From: Octopus sinensis
Lineage: Eukaryota
DNA length: 64,000 nt
Direction of reading: 5' to 3'
Assembly (NCBI RefSeq): GCF_006345805.1
Contig: NC_042998.1
Location: forward strand, 118,606,001-118,670,000
This document shows positions 11,301-26,067 of the stretch, in pieces. A program made the position numbers and the translations under genes. The notes beneath the pieces are model-generated. The model was not told where the DNA came from. It did not search any database and worked only from the letters and a program-made list of their open reading frames with translations. Positions within the stretch are counted from its first letter, which is position 1; every line of letters starts with the position of its first letter.

Positions 11301-14300
11301 GAATAATCTTCTAAGAAAACTTATCGAAATCATGTGCACAAATTCTTATTAAAATATATTTGGTTTCTGCTAGATTAGATTTGTTTTATTAAATTACCGA
11401 ATTTGTCCTCATATACCTCCCGCAGGTAGGTATATAAGTGTGTGGTATATAAATATATATATACACATACATAGACACACACACACACATATAAAGTATA
11501 TGAAATGCTTCGAAAGAACCGTTTTCTTACCTTCACTTATAACATATAACTGAACCACCTTTCCCACACATTTTCTAATCGTATGCAGTTGACTTTGTGC
11601 TCACTTTTTTCACATACTTCGTATACATATGCTTATGAGGTCCAACACGGCTTTAGTTATCTAAACCTGCATACAAAAAAACCCTAAAATAGAGATTCTA
11701 CTATCTTCTTTCGTAAGAGGACCTAAAAGGAGAAATGCAAATTCAGTTATATCAGTATATCTCCTCAGAGAAGAAATTTAAGAAACCACTAAAATTTACA
11801 TACAGTATCCACGGTATGAGAAGAAAGCATAGTAGAGAAATCAAAACGACATTGAAACATAATGAGGTCAGTCAAAATTCTCATATTTCCTTAATAAAAA
11901 GAAGCAGCAATAGTGTAGGACCAATACATTGGATTCTGCAAGTGATTTGGTTCCAATTTTATTCCAAGAAACCACATCATATTAAAACACAATGCAGGTT
12001 TATTGCCATTGTCACATATTTAAAATGGGCGACCTAGACCGAACATGTTTAACAAAAATTAAAATTGAATGCTCACTTGTAGCCCCATACAATCCAGACG
12101 CATTAACTCGCACAACAAAATTAAATAGTCAAAAAAACAATTTAACTTTCACTCATCCCCAAACGTGAACATATAGAAACATCTACAAAATCACGGAGCT
12201 CATTAATTTTAAAACTTTACTTGTCTGCCCGTGACCAAAAATAGATGCAAACGAAATGTAACTCTCACACTCTGATAGAGTCCACCTTAGTCGCCATGGA
12301 TGCGACCAGTACTAACTTTATGTACAAATGTACAAAAATAGCATTCAGATTTGAGTAAATCTATATATTTATCTCCTCGTATATGGTCTATCATGGCGTG
12401 TCCGAGTGTACAGTAATTTTTGCAGCTTTAGAGAGGCATCTTATATCTATGACAACAAATCAGTCAGGAACGCCTAGTCGTTTGACCCAAAACTTGTAAG
12501 CCATTTCTCTACCCACCCACATCTGACCTTGACTACAAAACAACTATTCATAAAACTACAGCGTTCATTGAAATTATCAAGAAATTTATTGTTATTGATA
12601 TAAAACTATAGATATTGATGTAATACAATAGCAACCCTCTTGACTGATAATCGATTATTCATTATATTCTACTGTTATTGTGCATTTCGTCACCTTTCTG
12701 TGATCCTGATTCACATTAAAATTGTATATTATAGATAAATTTTATATATGATTATATCAGCCTTTATTAAACCCGTCAAGTTATTTAAGAGGTGCTTAAT
12801 ACAATTTAACAGAACAACGATTATCATATATTATCCAGCTATATATGACATTTATGTGAAGAAAATAAATATGCAAAATATATTGAATTAAAATATGTTC
12901 CTAATGAGCATTTCTCCGAAGTAACGTTGAACAGTGACATGTTTTAATAAAACAAAACATAAGATTATTGCTGGGAATTTATACAAATCTGTATCACAGT
13001 TTTGATTTTCCTACATCCTAAAATATTTAAAGTGCTTGAGTAAACTTTATTTGTTCGATTTGGCTCTATATTCATAACAGAATATTAAGTAGAATACATT
13101 TGTCAACAATTAATCACCTCATTGAAATTAAGTGAGTAGGGACTTAGGCTTTCTACATATCTACATATTTTCAATGTATTGTATTGAATTTATAAATACA
13201 TTAGTACGTTACGAAATATTCTTATCGTCATATAACTAGTAGCAATGCAATGTAGGCAAGTAGATGTAAATTTTGAAACTTGAGACAAGAGCTACTTTGT
13301 TTACTTATTCACTCATTACAAACTAGTTACTGTACAGTAATAATATCACAGTGAACTTCTTAACATTTCAGAGATACACATTCTAAGAACGGTAGCTAAC
13401 ATTGTTTAAGAAAACGTACACACATACTACTGGCATAATGTATTATGTTCCATGCAAAGATTTGGCAATTTTTATGCAGTATAATTCTGATGATTGGATT
13501 TACATCAAAAGTGATTTAATATCAAATCTTCGCGTGTTCCTCTACAATTGTCTAGAAATCATATTTCATTAGTCAGAAATACAGATCCTATAGCGTGCTT
13601 CGTATAAAGAAGTTGCCATACACAATTCGATAGAGATCGATTGCTTTGTTCATTCAATTTTAATTTCATTCCTATGTCAAATGAATATAGTAGCACTAAC
13701 GGTTCCTTCTGGCCTGTATTTGGATGGCTATAATCTGCTCGTTAGTAGCATTCTCCAATCTACCTCCCATACAATATCGCACTGAATGTCGAAGGAAATT
13801 TATAATGTAATTTCAGCTTTACAAATTATTGATTTATCGACAAAACCTTCCATTTGTAATAGTGTCATCTGAAATGTAAATAGCTTCTTGCATTGACTTA
13901 CTTTCGTTAATACTTTAAGTATCAAATTCTATTGACCTTTCTCCATAACCTAATATCTCGAGATTAAAATCATTGTAAGGATTTCAATAAGAGATTAACC
14001 TTTCTTGCACTCAATCACTTTAAGTGGAGTGGTGTACAAAAGATTATCTATCAGTAATTATGGGTGAAATTATTTCTGTGGAAAAGTTCAATTCGATTGA
14101 CTCGTAGTGTGTGATGATTGTATTTTTCTTTGTACAAATGTTAACTAAACTTACAGCTTAATGAAGAAACTGATAATGGAAATATGTATTTAAAATGCAT
14201 AGTCGTTTGTGATGTGATACTAAAAATATATCGACATTGGTTTGTCACGCTTTCATCTCTTCGTTGGAAGTTATACGAAGATATATTACTAAATCTCCAC

Positions 14301-15309
14301 AGGGAAATACATTTAACTATATTGCATTTCCTCTCTTTTGAAAATAAAGTCTACTATTTTGAAAAGCAAAGCATTCAATATGTTAGTTTAAATATATATA
14401 TATGTGTCGTTTTTGTTGTATTTTACACCCCGGCCAGCTCAGATCGAATGGGGTACGACATAGGGCACCCTGACAATACCCCACACTTCTGTTACATTAG
14501 GGATGTGTCTATGTTTTACATCTGTCCTCATGACCACGTACAACACATGTATGCGCAAGCCTGAGCAAGATTATTTTGAATGGAAGCTTAGTAGTAGTAT
14601 ATAGATGCAAGTCTCACCTCACCAACCACAGTTGCGAAGGGAAGTGATTTCTTAAAGCGAGGACCACCTAGGATACTTACAAGCAAATTTGTCCCTCCCA
14701 CCCGCATACGTTGTCATCAGAGTAGGTAATGATACAGCAGTGTATATCATTCAGTGAACTAAATATTCCACCGAATTGATGGTCATGAATTTGTTATCTT
14801 TCTTTTGACATCAGAACTGAAGTCGGTGGGATACGAACTAAGAGAATCGAAGTAAATCTCACGTAGCGTTTTATGGTCAACAATCAAAACACTTCGCTTA
14901 TTTGCTGTTTTGGTATGTATAAAACTTATTTTATCGCTTTATCAAAAATGGGGGACAATGTCCATGACACTTTTAATGATTTCTCAGATAAGTGGGAGAG
15001 ATAGGATGTAGGTATCCTTAAAGCGGAGATCTAGTCGAATGTTGACAACAGAAAGGACTCTGCGAAGTAGCAGTAATAAACCGGACGATGGACTATATCT
15101 ACTACACAAGTAGACCTCAGCCTGATTAGAAGTAATAATGCAAACCCCAGGAACAAGTAACGCAATGCCTCCCGTCCGACGTTCGAACACTTTCGTCTGT
15201 CTGTCTGGTCAAGAACTCTATTTAAGATTCCAGAATGATGAAAGGCAGAGTTGACATCGGTAGGATTTGAATTTAGAACACAAAGAAGCGGAATAGAGAT
15301 CGGAAGTCA

Positions 15310-15700
15310 TACTATGTGCTGCTTTAAAGCTTCTACGAATTTACTATCGGTCTAATGCATTCCTGACTTTCTAAAGCGGCAAATTATAATTTCTTAGGAA
15401 GTTTTAAAATATTTCTAGCACCGGAGTACCACATAGAAGCGCCCTCATTAGTCCTATGAAATTTGTTGTATTACTTTCCCTAACAGTAGAAAATTTCGAG
15501 AAACATAACAGTAATAATATCTCATAATACTGGTAACATGAAATTATTGCAATCAGTATAGTTTATTATCTTTAATATTGGTATCAGACCCAAAGTTATG
15601 AAGCATGGGTTAAAATGAATACTGTTTTTTTCAAAATCGAGACTAAAATGCTATACATAGGAGTACCTTCATTAATACCGCAAACTATTAGTCTGGCGCA
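15310..15700 (+). mobile_element. Highly degenerate LINE RT relic
   Basis: STGVPHRSALISP resembles the GVPQGS-LSP motif; little else readable. Confidence 0.35.
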
Positions 15701-16072
15701 TCAAATATTCACTGCAACTTTCGAGGAGACATGGGTGAGGTGGCTCAACGAGCTAGAAATAGCTGTGAAATATCATCCACATCTCTCCTAATAATTTTTG
15801 CAGAAGGTATCATTGAATAATGTCGTCTTGCATGCACTGATTATAAAAATACCTGTACCGATGTTCATTGAAAGCTTTCTGTTAGAGAACTGCTAGATTA
15901 GGTAAGAGATACAGCTAAACAAAACTTTTACCTTCATCATACAATTCACATAATAACGGCCACGACTTTCTTCAAAAATGCTTAATAGATACATACATAC
16001 ACATTATTATGTAATCAGATTCGAATGTATTTTGAACACACATATACCATACACACACACACACATACATAC

Positions 16073-16115
<43 letters not shown>

Positions 16116-16189
16116 CTAACTCTAACTTGTTTCAGCTTTAAAGTCGTGGTCATGCTGAGACACCACCGTTGCCTATGCTATACCTTCAT

Positions 16190-17035
16190 TATTTGAAACC
16201 TCTGATATGTGGCATTTGGTGGTGAATGAGGGAGTTTGATGGTGCTGCCTTCATCTGTGTTTCCTGTCGTGAGGTACGCTCATCTAGAATCCTTGACAGG
16301 AGGAGATCCAGTTTTGTTTTGTACACACTTAGACCCACACCATGCTGGTTTCCTAGGCATTTTCGAAGGATATAGAAGAGCTGTGGACCCTTGAAATCCA
16401 AGCTGTTTCAGAATCTGGTCCTGTACTTTGATGGTGATGCTGAGATGCTGAGATGCATTTTCCAGATATATATCACTGCTTACTTACCCGCCTTCGTTCT
16501 AGGGTGAAGAATCTTAACTCCTTCAGCCTTTCCTAGTAGCTGATACATTGCATTGCGACGATTTTCTTTGTGTAGCTTCGTTGGATTGCTTCGAGTTCTG
16601 ATGTTAATTTTATACTGTGTGATGAACATATTTGGCAGCTGTTGTCCAAGCGACTGAAGATATACGTCCTTCAAAGGACCATCATATTTTTCTTCTCTCT
16701 CGTTCTGAAAGTTCGGAGGATCCATCCTGCTAATCGTCTGCATTTTATTATCAAATTAGAAATATTCACCTTGAAAGATGCATTATTACTCATGTAACGC
16801 ATTGATTTATATGTAGGGATTTCAATTCCTCCCAGGGTAGTGTATCCTGTCTGCATATCGTTCAGCTTTGTGTGCTGGTAGTGCATGTGTTGGAATTTTC
16901 CTGCGTAAAACTACATGTTGTCCTCAGCCCACCTGTATATTGCGTCCAACTCCCGTTGCACATACACAATATTTCTAGGATTCTGAATTGTCTGAGATAC
17001 TGAGCAGCTGTGGGCATGTCTGAAGGGGGCACTAT
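16190..17035 (-). mobile_element. CR1-like LINE, 3' portion
   Basis: Minus-strand QRELDAIYRWAEDN, RRLAGWILRTFRTR, FKGPQLFYIL and KTKLDLLLSRILDE; same family as 58290-59370. Confidence 0.8.
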
Positions 17036-17819
17036 AAATATGTATATATATATATATATATATATAGGTATAAGTTAGAGGCGTTTAAATCCTCTAAGGG
17101 ATGGATATATGCAAAGGCACTTCTGGTAATTACCGCAGTGGTTATATTCCATGGTAACAGGTATACGGCAGCAGGAAATTTAGCGGGTAACCGTAGTTTA
17201 ATTTATATAGACGAGAAGAAAATGGAAGAGAAATAACAAACAGAAGTGTGTATTTGCGCTAGTAAATCATTATTTAATTAGTAAATAAAGGTGAGAGTGA
17301 AGTTGTTTACGAACGTTTCTGTTTACCATGGCGAGGAAAATATATATTTATATTTTTGCCTTGTTGCCAATGGTAGACATCGTCAGAACGAAGAAGTCAA
17401 AGGTAGAGAGAAGATGAGTGAAAGATCAATGGTTACATCGGGAAAGAGATCAAAGATTCGAGTGTCATACATTATAGTTGGGTTCACAGTTCGTTAAGTC
17501 CGTTGTGAGGTGGATGAAGAATATTAGTTGCACGCGCCCGTGACTTGTGGAGTTCCACCGGCGGTGCAATATAAGGGAGCTAACTCTAATTAGGGAAAAC
17601 TGGTGCTATTATAGTCGGTCCGATCTAGCGTGTAGAGAGACTCATTGCCGTAATAATATTTTGTTATGATGAGTGCATAGAGAAAGAAGGTGGGGGGAAA
17701 GTTTGCTTGTAAGTATCCTAGGTGGTCTTCGCTTTAAAAGAATTATATGCATTCATAGGCTAGCATAGGATGAAGAGTAGGTATATAATTATTGGTTTAT
17801 TATGTGGGTTTTGCAATTT

Positions 17820-18515
17820 ACTGTGCTGTTGTGTTTTCAAAACTTTGAGGAGGGTATTTACATAAAATATCGAACAACAGGGATTGTTTTTAATCTCAAA
17901 ACGAAAGTTTTTACTTCACTCATTAGGGAACATTTATTATACGCTGACGATTGCGATCTTGTCGGTCATTCTCTTGTATCTGCATTTGACTCGGCCTGTG
18001 ATGATTTTCCCTTGACCATCAAGTTGAAAAAAAAACAGTTGTAATGCATCAACTTGCGTGTTAAGGGTAAGTTGCTTGAGGTTGTCGATTCGTTCATCTA
18101 CCTTGGAAGGTGTGTATAAAATGATGGAAATCTTGATACAGATATACAGCTGCGAATTCAAAGAGCTGCAAAAGCATTTGGTGGCAAAAGCATTTGGTGA
18201 CGTTTAGTGCCAGCGACATATAAATAAGAATCTAAAGCTGGATCTTTACAAATCATTTGTCTTACCATTCCTGTTGTATTCTTGTGAAATATGGACTTGT
18301 TATGAAAGGTATTTTAAATTGTTAGAACAATTCCACCCAAAAATGCCTTCATCGCATTTTAAACATTAAATGGAGTTCTTTCACTCCAAACACAGATGTC
18401 CTTACATGATTTTGAGGAACCAAATGAGATGGTGTAGCCATATTGTTCGAATGGCGGATGAATGCATGCCGAAGGAGCTATTTTATGGTGGGCTTGCAGA
18501 GGCGTAAGTCCTTAT
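17820..18515 (+). mobile_element. RTE-like LINE RT relic
   Basis: LLYADDCDLV, VVDSFIYLG, DIQLRIQRAAKAFG and WCSHIVRMADECMPKELFYG. Confidence 0.8.
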
Positions 18516-18630
18516 GTCATCCTTTAAACAGAAAATTGTCTGGTTTAAAAAGCCACATCCCTTGCCATGTTGGAGCTAAGTTGTAGGTAAGGACTATATA
18601 TATATAAACTCTGCATAAGGACTATATATA

Positions 18631-18682
<52 letters not shown>

Positions 18683-19026
18683 GTAGGTATGTATGATTGT
18701 ATGTATGTATACAGATAAGAAAAGAAAAGAAACATATTCTTATCTGAATATATTAACCGACGGTTTACCATTTAAATTACCAACTACTGTTAACCTTATA
18801 GCAAGGCCTATATATAGTTAGGTACTACACCAGTAGTGTCTACGGATACATTCATCCTTTCGACGGTTGCATCACCTCTAACTCATAATTTGTCTATATG
18901 TATGTATATGTGCAGATATGTATATTCTGCTTTATGTATGTATTCTAATGCATATAGTCGCATATCTAGACATGCTCATATATATTTAAATGATAAACTT
19001 CTGGAAAGTTTTACATATTTACAATT

Positions 19027-19540
19027 CTAGTGATGGTAGTCTGATTTTGAGACGCCTAATTTCTCAAGATTGGTATTTAGGCAGTGTGTTACATATCCCA
19101 GGGCCCCAACTATTACAGGTATAAACCTAAACTTGTAATCTGGATAGAGTAACTGCAGATTTCTCAATTGTTCAGCGTATGTGTTCTCTTTTTCACTGAT
19201 TTTTAGCTTTATGTTTACATCCGCTAGGCAGCTAATTGCTACAACTGTGAACAGTTTCTCTTCTCTATCCCAAATCATTATATCAGGTCTGTTGTGCTTA
19301 CATTTTATTGAGGTCTTTACTGGGATATTCCACCAGTACTCCTTTTTATTATGAGTGGCTATGGCTTCTATTCTGTGAGTTCTTATTTCTTTGTCCTCGA
19401 GGTTATCCTTCCAACAGATTTCATTATAGAGTGTCCTAGCTACAACATTATGTCTCATCGGTAAATAATACCATGATGACATTTTCGGACAACTGCTTAT
19501 TATGTGGGTGATATTTTCGGTGCTAACTCCACAAAGTCTA
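19027..19540 (-). mobile_element. RLE-type non-LTR retrotransposon (R4/Dong-like) C-terminal relic
   Basis: ENITHIISSCPKM (zinc-knuckle end), RH-x-VV, HNRPDIMIW and FIPVIVGALG of the restriction-like endonuclease domain. Confidence 0.85.
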
Positions 19541-21169
19541 TATGTATGTAATTATGTATGTATGTATGTATGTATGTATATATTCTACAATGTATGAACT
19601 TCTTGATATATGTATCCATGTCTTGAGCTTTATAATTAGAACATGAATTGACTGAATTACTTTTACTCTTAAGACTTTAATCGCTTAAATTTATTAGCAC
19701 ATGTCGGGGCGTCTTCCAATATTCCGACACCAGGAAATATTCCTTTATTTCATGTGTTGGCTAACTAGAAGGCTGAAAGAAGACCATGACGGAAAATATC
19801 GGACGGCATTTCTGGATAGTGTAAATCGTGAATTTAAGCATAGAGTTGTTTGTGATACAACAGTGCTATAGTGTTAATGATGTAAAACTTTGCAAGGATG
19901 TATTGATTATTTAATGTATCGATGGAGAGAATAGGTATGTAAAACATTATTCCTGAGAATGATTCCGAAAGTAGATTTTCTTCTTATTTATCCCTCATGT
20001 AATCATTTAATGCAGTTTGAATCTTACCCAAAGCTATTTCTCACATCCGGAAATATAATGAATACTCGGGCATCGATCATTAATTTCTTTTTTTTAATTA
20101 TCTGATATCATGTCAGTTTTTCCATAAGAGATGATAATATTAATTGAAACATATATTAGAAATGCATATTTGATGGATTTCATTTTTTTTTTTTAGTCTT
20201 GTATATTTATCCAAATTTATGCTCCAGTGTGTATTTTTTCCTGACATGTTATATTTGCTAAGTATTAAATTCGATGAAAAATTCATTCTACTGCTATTAA
20301 AAAAATCTGAAAATCCATTTCTCAATAGTAAAGAAGATAAAGAAAATACATATTTTGATTTAAATTTTCTTTCCTTCGATTTTTTAATAATTCTCATAAC
20401 ATATTACAGCTCGTAAGGTAAATTCCGCGTTCTTTTTTTCTTCAATTTCACCACATTTATCTATTCAACAACAGTATTAAGAGAAATAAAGAAAAAATGC
20501 ATGGCATACAACTGCTGAAAAATTCATTTTCTAATTACTTCGAATGCAGCGGAAATATTAGATATACACAAAGAAAAAGAAAATGGATTTTCTTGCGTAA
20601 ATGGAAGTCAACTTCATTTTCGTGTTCACTTAGCCTTCTCCGAAATTTTATTGGTTATTTGAAAATCAAATGTAGATAAAATTCTGAAAACTATGAGAGG
20701 TTTATTCTTATACGTTGTCTGTATTAATAAAAAAAATCAGAAATTTCTGGAAAATATACATTTAGTTTCAGTAAGAGTATGTTAAATTCTATTTTCAACC
20801 ATATTTTATGTTTGAAATACTGCATTGAATCACACCCTTAATAGATTCAACATATATTAAAGTCTGATTACATAAAAATAGATATCAGCTACGCACCATA
20901 ATTGGCAACCACTTTATAATTTACTCGTATTCTTCTTACTCTGTCCAGAGTTATTTTTCCTCAACCTGCTTTGTCACAAAATAGATTCCATGCTTACATT
21001 TGCTAACTTCATGACAACATCATTCACATAAACTCCCCGAAATGCTGTCAACTTTTGCCGAAGAGACTTTTGATTAAAACGATGTATGTGTGTTTTTGGG
21101 TGATTGTGTGTGTATGTTCGTGCGTCATTGTATACATATATAAGTATACATATTAAATCTATTTTTATG

Positions 21170-21220
<51 letters not shown>

Positions 21221-21274
21221 CCATCCATACGAACACACACACACACACATGTACATATACATCTATTTACATAT

Positions 21275-21311
<37 letters not shown>

Positions 21312-21609
21312 TATATGTGTGTGTGTGTGTGTTCGTGTGTGTGTGTGTTCGTGTGTGGTTGTGTACATACAAGAATTCAAATAATGATTATGTATGCATG
21401 CGATATGTCCATAAATTTACGCATGTATAAACATGTATTCGAATGCTTATGTGTACAACCAGATAAAGTATGTTCGGTAATAAAATTTGCATGCATAGTT
21501 TCACTTCCTGTTATATAAATTCATATAATATGTCTCCAAACATATGTACATAAGTGCATACACGTATCTGTTTACATTTACACAGAATTACGAAGGTCGA
21601 TAGAAAGAT

Positions 21610-21629
21610 ACATACATACATACATAGAC

Positions 21630-21697
<68 letters not shown>

Positions 21698-21736
21698 TGA
21701 TAGATACATACATACATACATACATACATACATACA

Positions 21737-21770
<34 letters not shown>

Positions 21771-21810
21771 CATACATACATACGTGCGTACATAGACAGA
21801 CAGACAAGGT
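21610..21810. repeat. Compound (GATA)n(CATA)n microsatellite
   Basis: Direct runs. Confidence 0.95.
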
Positions 21811-22829
21811 ATCCTTAAACGTAATTAATACTATACGCTTCTTATTACGATAGACTGATAATTTTAAATAAAAGAAGTCATAATTGAACAATATTAGGTT
21901 GTAGAATTAATAAATTACTTATTTAAAAGTACGGGATTATTATTGTAGTTGTTGCTGTTGTTACTATTTAACAAACTAGCTTTCAATAGTTCTTATGTTT
22001 ATTACGTGAAAATTTATCCGTTATAATTTCAAGCTACTGGAACGTGTACAACAAAGAAATAAATCAGAAAATAAATAAATAAATGTAGCTTTATCTAATA
22101 AAACAAAAAAATAAGTGTTACTGCCCTAACTTTGTAGAAAACGGATTAGTCAAATGATATAAGAAAATTAAGAAGAAGAAATAATAGATAACTCATTAAT
22201 ATTTCGTTACTTTCTACTGTTTGAATTTACGTATATAAGTATTTGTGCAAGATTGTCATGCTTTATTTATGAGTTGGTACATTTCCATGCGATTTTTTAT
22301 GTATGTGTTATAGTGATTTTTTATGTGTGTGTGTGTGTGTGTGTTATGTGTGTATGTGTGTGTGTGGTGTGTATTCTGTGTGAGACTGTCCTTTTATATG
22401 TGATTGTGTATATATATATGTACGTGAGTATATATATACGGCCTAAATTTAATGATATTTTGCGCATCCTTTTTTTCTGAAACAACTTGATGTGTTGGTG
22501 AATAGTCAACCATGTGGGAGAGTATAAAGTTTAAAGTTGTAACTCCCGGAAATCATCTCAATATTGGAAAAGAAATACCTGTATGATGACAATTCGCAGC
22601 GGGTATCAAAATGCATGACATCAAAATGCCGACATCAATGCCCTGTGAACACTGTAAGCCCTGTAAGACGTTGCATGGACAACGGCAACAGAGACTACGA
22701 AGCCGTGGCTAGCAGTAAATGACACAGCAGGTGTTCTGATTGCGACCGCATACCGGAATTCACAACCACACCTTTGAACAGGGTCTCAGACTCAATCTAT
22801 GTGAAGATGTTGGGGGTGAGGGTTACGGT

Positions 22830-23130
22830 CAAAACCTGGATAGAAAGGGTTGCAGCTGGAAGGCCATAAGTGTGGCAGCAAGATTCAGCTCCTTGCCAGA
22901 ACTCCAGAAAGAATCAGATTTCTACGATTTCATAAGCCCCAATTTCTAGTCTCCAAATTCTCACGATTACTATGTGTGGGGCACAGCTAAGACACCAGCC
23001 ACTTAGCCTGCAACAACAAGGTTGAGGTGATTCTCAAAGATCTCAAGGACACAGTCGGGAACGCATGCGTCAGTTTCCTGACCCGTCTTGAGGTCATGGT
23101 GGAGACTGAGAGCGTCTACTTTGGATAAAG
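22830..23130 (+). pseudogene. maT-like (Tc1/mariner superfamily) transposase C-terminal relic
   Basis: Degenerate WIERVAAGRP*VWQQDSAPC, FYDFISPNF and DYYVWG. Confidence 0.75.
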
Positions 23131-23334
23131 TATTATGTCCCAGCCATAATCTAGTTGATATTGTTTGACTTTTCAGACAGGTAGATAGATATCTGTGTTA
23201 CAGAAATAGGAGTCGTATACATATATATTTTATATACTTACAGCTCACTTATCCTTCATAAACATGATTTAGAAAAATATACCAGTAGAAGTTCTCATAT
23301 AAATAATATAATAGAGACATTGATTTCAAATTTG

Positions 23335-23502
23335 GCGCAAGGCCGGCAATTTTGGTGGTATCCCAATGCTCAACTGGAATATATTTTATCAACCACAAAC
23401 GGATGAATGGCAAGGTCAATCTCAGCGGAATTTGAACTCAGAAACTAAAACGGACAAAATGCCTCTAAGCATTTTGGCCAGAGTGCTAACGATTCTGTTA
23501 CC
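23335..23502 (-). mobile_element. SINE family B, diverged
   Basis: ggaatttgaactcagaa...aagcattttggccagagtgctaacgattctg is the reverse complement of the 8309 head. Confidence 0.75.
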
Positions 23503-23808
23503 TCACTACAATAGTATGAAACAGATATTTGGTTATATAAAAACATTCACAGAAAGTGAGTTATGAATAAGCAGAAAAATATGTGGCCATATGATTCCGA
23601 TAAAAACTGAAAGCATAAACAGAACTGTTATGTTTTAACATGTCCAGAGAATTACCTAAACTTGCATACAAATGTATATTTGAACCAACTAAGAGGGAGA
23701 AGGAAGTTCCTAGGAAGACAGCATCTTCTGTATGCATTTGTGTGTGCGTATGTGTATGTACATATATTTGTATATATATATATATATATACCTACATACA
23801 TAGATATA

Positions 23809-23858
<50 letters not shown>

Positions 23859-23887
23859 TATATATATACACACACACACACACACAC

Positions 23888-23953
<66 letters not shown>

Positions 23954-24291
23954 TACATATATTCGAACTAGGTTAATGTGTTATTCGCCATACATATATG
24001 TGCACCGATATCTATATGCAACATGTAATATGAAAATAAATCACAGAAGTAATTGATTTAGGAAAGAACATTGCATAGGTCTTCATACTGGGCCAGTATT
24101 TAGGGTTGTAATCCCTGCTGATCTGTCTTAATTGTTTAAAATATTTTTACTTTTCTTCTCAACGTACATTTTCTAAGCATACGTTTATGCCGAATTCCCA
24201 ACAGACCTAGATTCTATTAGCGAGGATCACATTCTATGGAGAAATCAATGTTTGCGAAATTGATATATATATATATATATGTGTGTGTGTG

Positions 24292-24379
<88 letters not shown>

Positions 24380-24879
24380 TCATGTCTTGTGTGGTGGGCA
24401 GAAAGAAAGAGTAGTCTACCGAGATTTGAACATAAACCTGCGTTTTGAAAGTATTGTTTCCAAAGAAAAATATATTGGAACCATTAAGCGAGATAGCGTT
24501 GGATGTTAACCCTAAATAAACCATTACAACGAAATTCTACTTCTGTATAGCTCTTTTGAATCAAGTTCCTCGAACTTGTACTTTTGATAATAAATTCTAA
24601 GTCACAGTCTTAGTTTAATAGTGGTTTCAAATTTTTGCAGAAGGCCAACAATTTCGGTGCAGGGGTTAAGACGTTTGCAACGAACCCAGCTGTCAATTTC
24701 GACGGAATTTGATTTCAGAACGTAAATGTGTGTGTATGTGTTTGTGTGGGTGTGTATATGTGTGTGTAGGTGTATTTTGGAAGCTTTATTAAGGGGTTTA
24801 GTTCTCATGAGGTGTGAAACTCTCCCAGTAGACAGATGAAATTGTTGCCCTTAATATTATCGATGCAATTCAACATGCA

Positions 24880-26000
24880 CAGGAAGACTTAAACAGCGAG
24901 TGAGTTCCTGGCGTTCAACGTTCTGGGACGGAATAACGGAGTGGCGTGATGAGTGCAGATTCTAGAGGGATGGATACAATTATGATGGGAAGAGAATGGA
25001 CGATTGGTACGGGCGTAACTGTGCTGAAGCAGAATGAATCTAGCGAGGAGCAAATGTCTTTATAAGAGCAGCAGAAAAGACAGAGTTTAACAGCATGCAT
25101 AAGGTACAGAGCCTGGAACGTTTCGGTAATTGATTTATGCCAGTGACTTGAGTGGTCTGTAGCTGAACGTGCTGCACAGCACCAATCCAGGTGTCATAGC
25201 AATGTGCCGACCACGTTTGATCTTTGACAGAAATATCTCCAATAACCCAGTAGAGTGATCTCTAAAATGTTTTCTCTCCAAACGTAGAGAGGTGAGAGGA
25301 TACAGTAAGCAAGAATTTCAACGGGAAGTTTGCATGCTAGATACGACTGAATGTATTGCTGATGAGAAGAATGGCAACGTTTTTGTCACCAAATTTCTCC
25401 AGAGTAAGAATTCATTGTTGAGTAACAAATAATAGCAGACAACCAGTGAATCTGGTTTTGCAGAAAACGTGCTAGTATTAGTCATTAAGAAGAAAGATAT
25501 TCAAGATGTAAGAAGGTGTCGTTGTTAATGTCTGTCACTCTCATCTTAGAAATAGTAGAAGTTTTGTTTCGTTTCTTGGTGATGGGATTAAATGCTTAGT
25601 ATTTCGAAAGACAAGTGCATACCCCTGGAAAGATTGGAGTATTCAGTGAGTTTAAGAATATTGGAAGGGACCCCATCAGTGGCATTGCACGTTTGAAGTA
25701 ACTTGACGTGCAAGTTGGTGGACTTAGAGAAGTGAATACTCGTAGCATGAGAAAGGATTTACCAAGTGTATGAAGGTAAGAATTAGTTGTAAATAGGACA
25801 GTGAATATAGAATCCTTTTCTGTGAGCGTACTGCTCACAGAGCTAATTCTGCTCGAAAATGGAGCGACACACGCTTCTGTGAACCTGGTAGAAACCGCTT
25901 TAGCAAGGTACCAAAAACATCTGCTGCAATTTTAGGCAAAATAGTACGCTGAGTGGATAATTTCTTTAGAAACGTCGCCTTCATGGGTAAATGCGATTCA
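24880..26000 (-). mobile_element. Highly degenerate CR1/L2-like LINE relic
   Basis: Minus-strand FWYLAKAVS, NDTFLHLE and LEKFGDKNVAILLISNTFSRI*HAN resemble RT domains; many disruptions. Confidence 0.5.
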
Positions 26001-26035
26001 GTTATGCTTTGGAGTTTCGCTTGATGCTACATATC

Positions 26036-26067
<32 letters not shown>

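Noticed and set aside
21050-21090. CCGAAGA...AAAACGATGTA resembling an eroded hammerhead
   Set aside because: Both core halves are mutated and no stems pair; indistinguishable from chance.
23860-24345. Same interrupted (CA)n-C-(CA)n-(TA)n pattern twice
   Set aside because: Flanks are not homologous; easily convergent in microsatellites.
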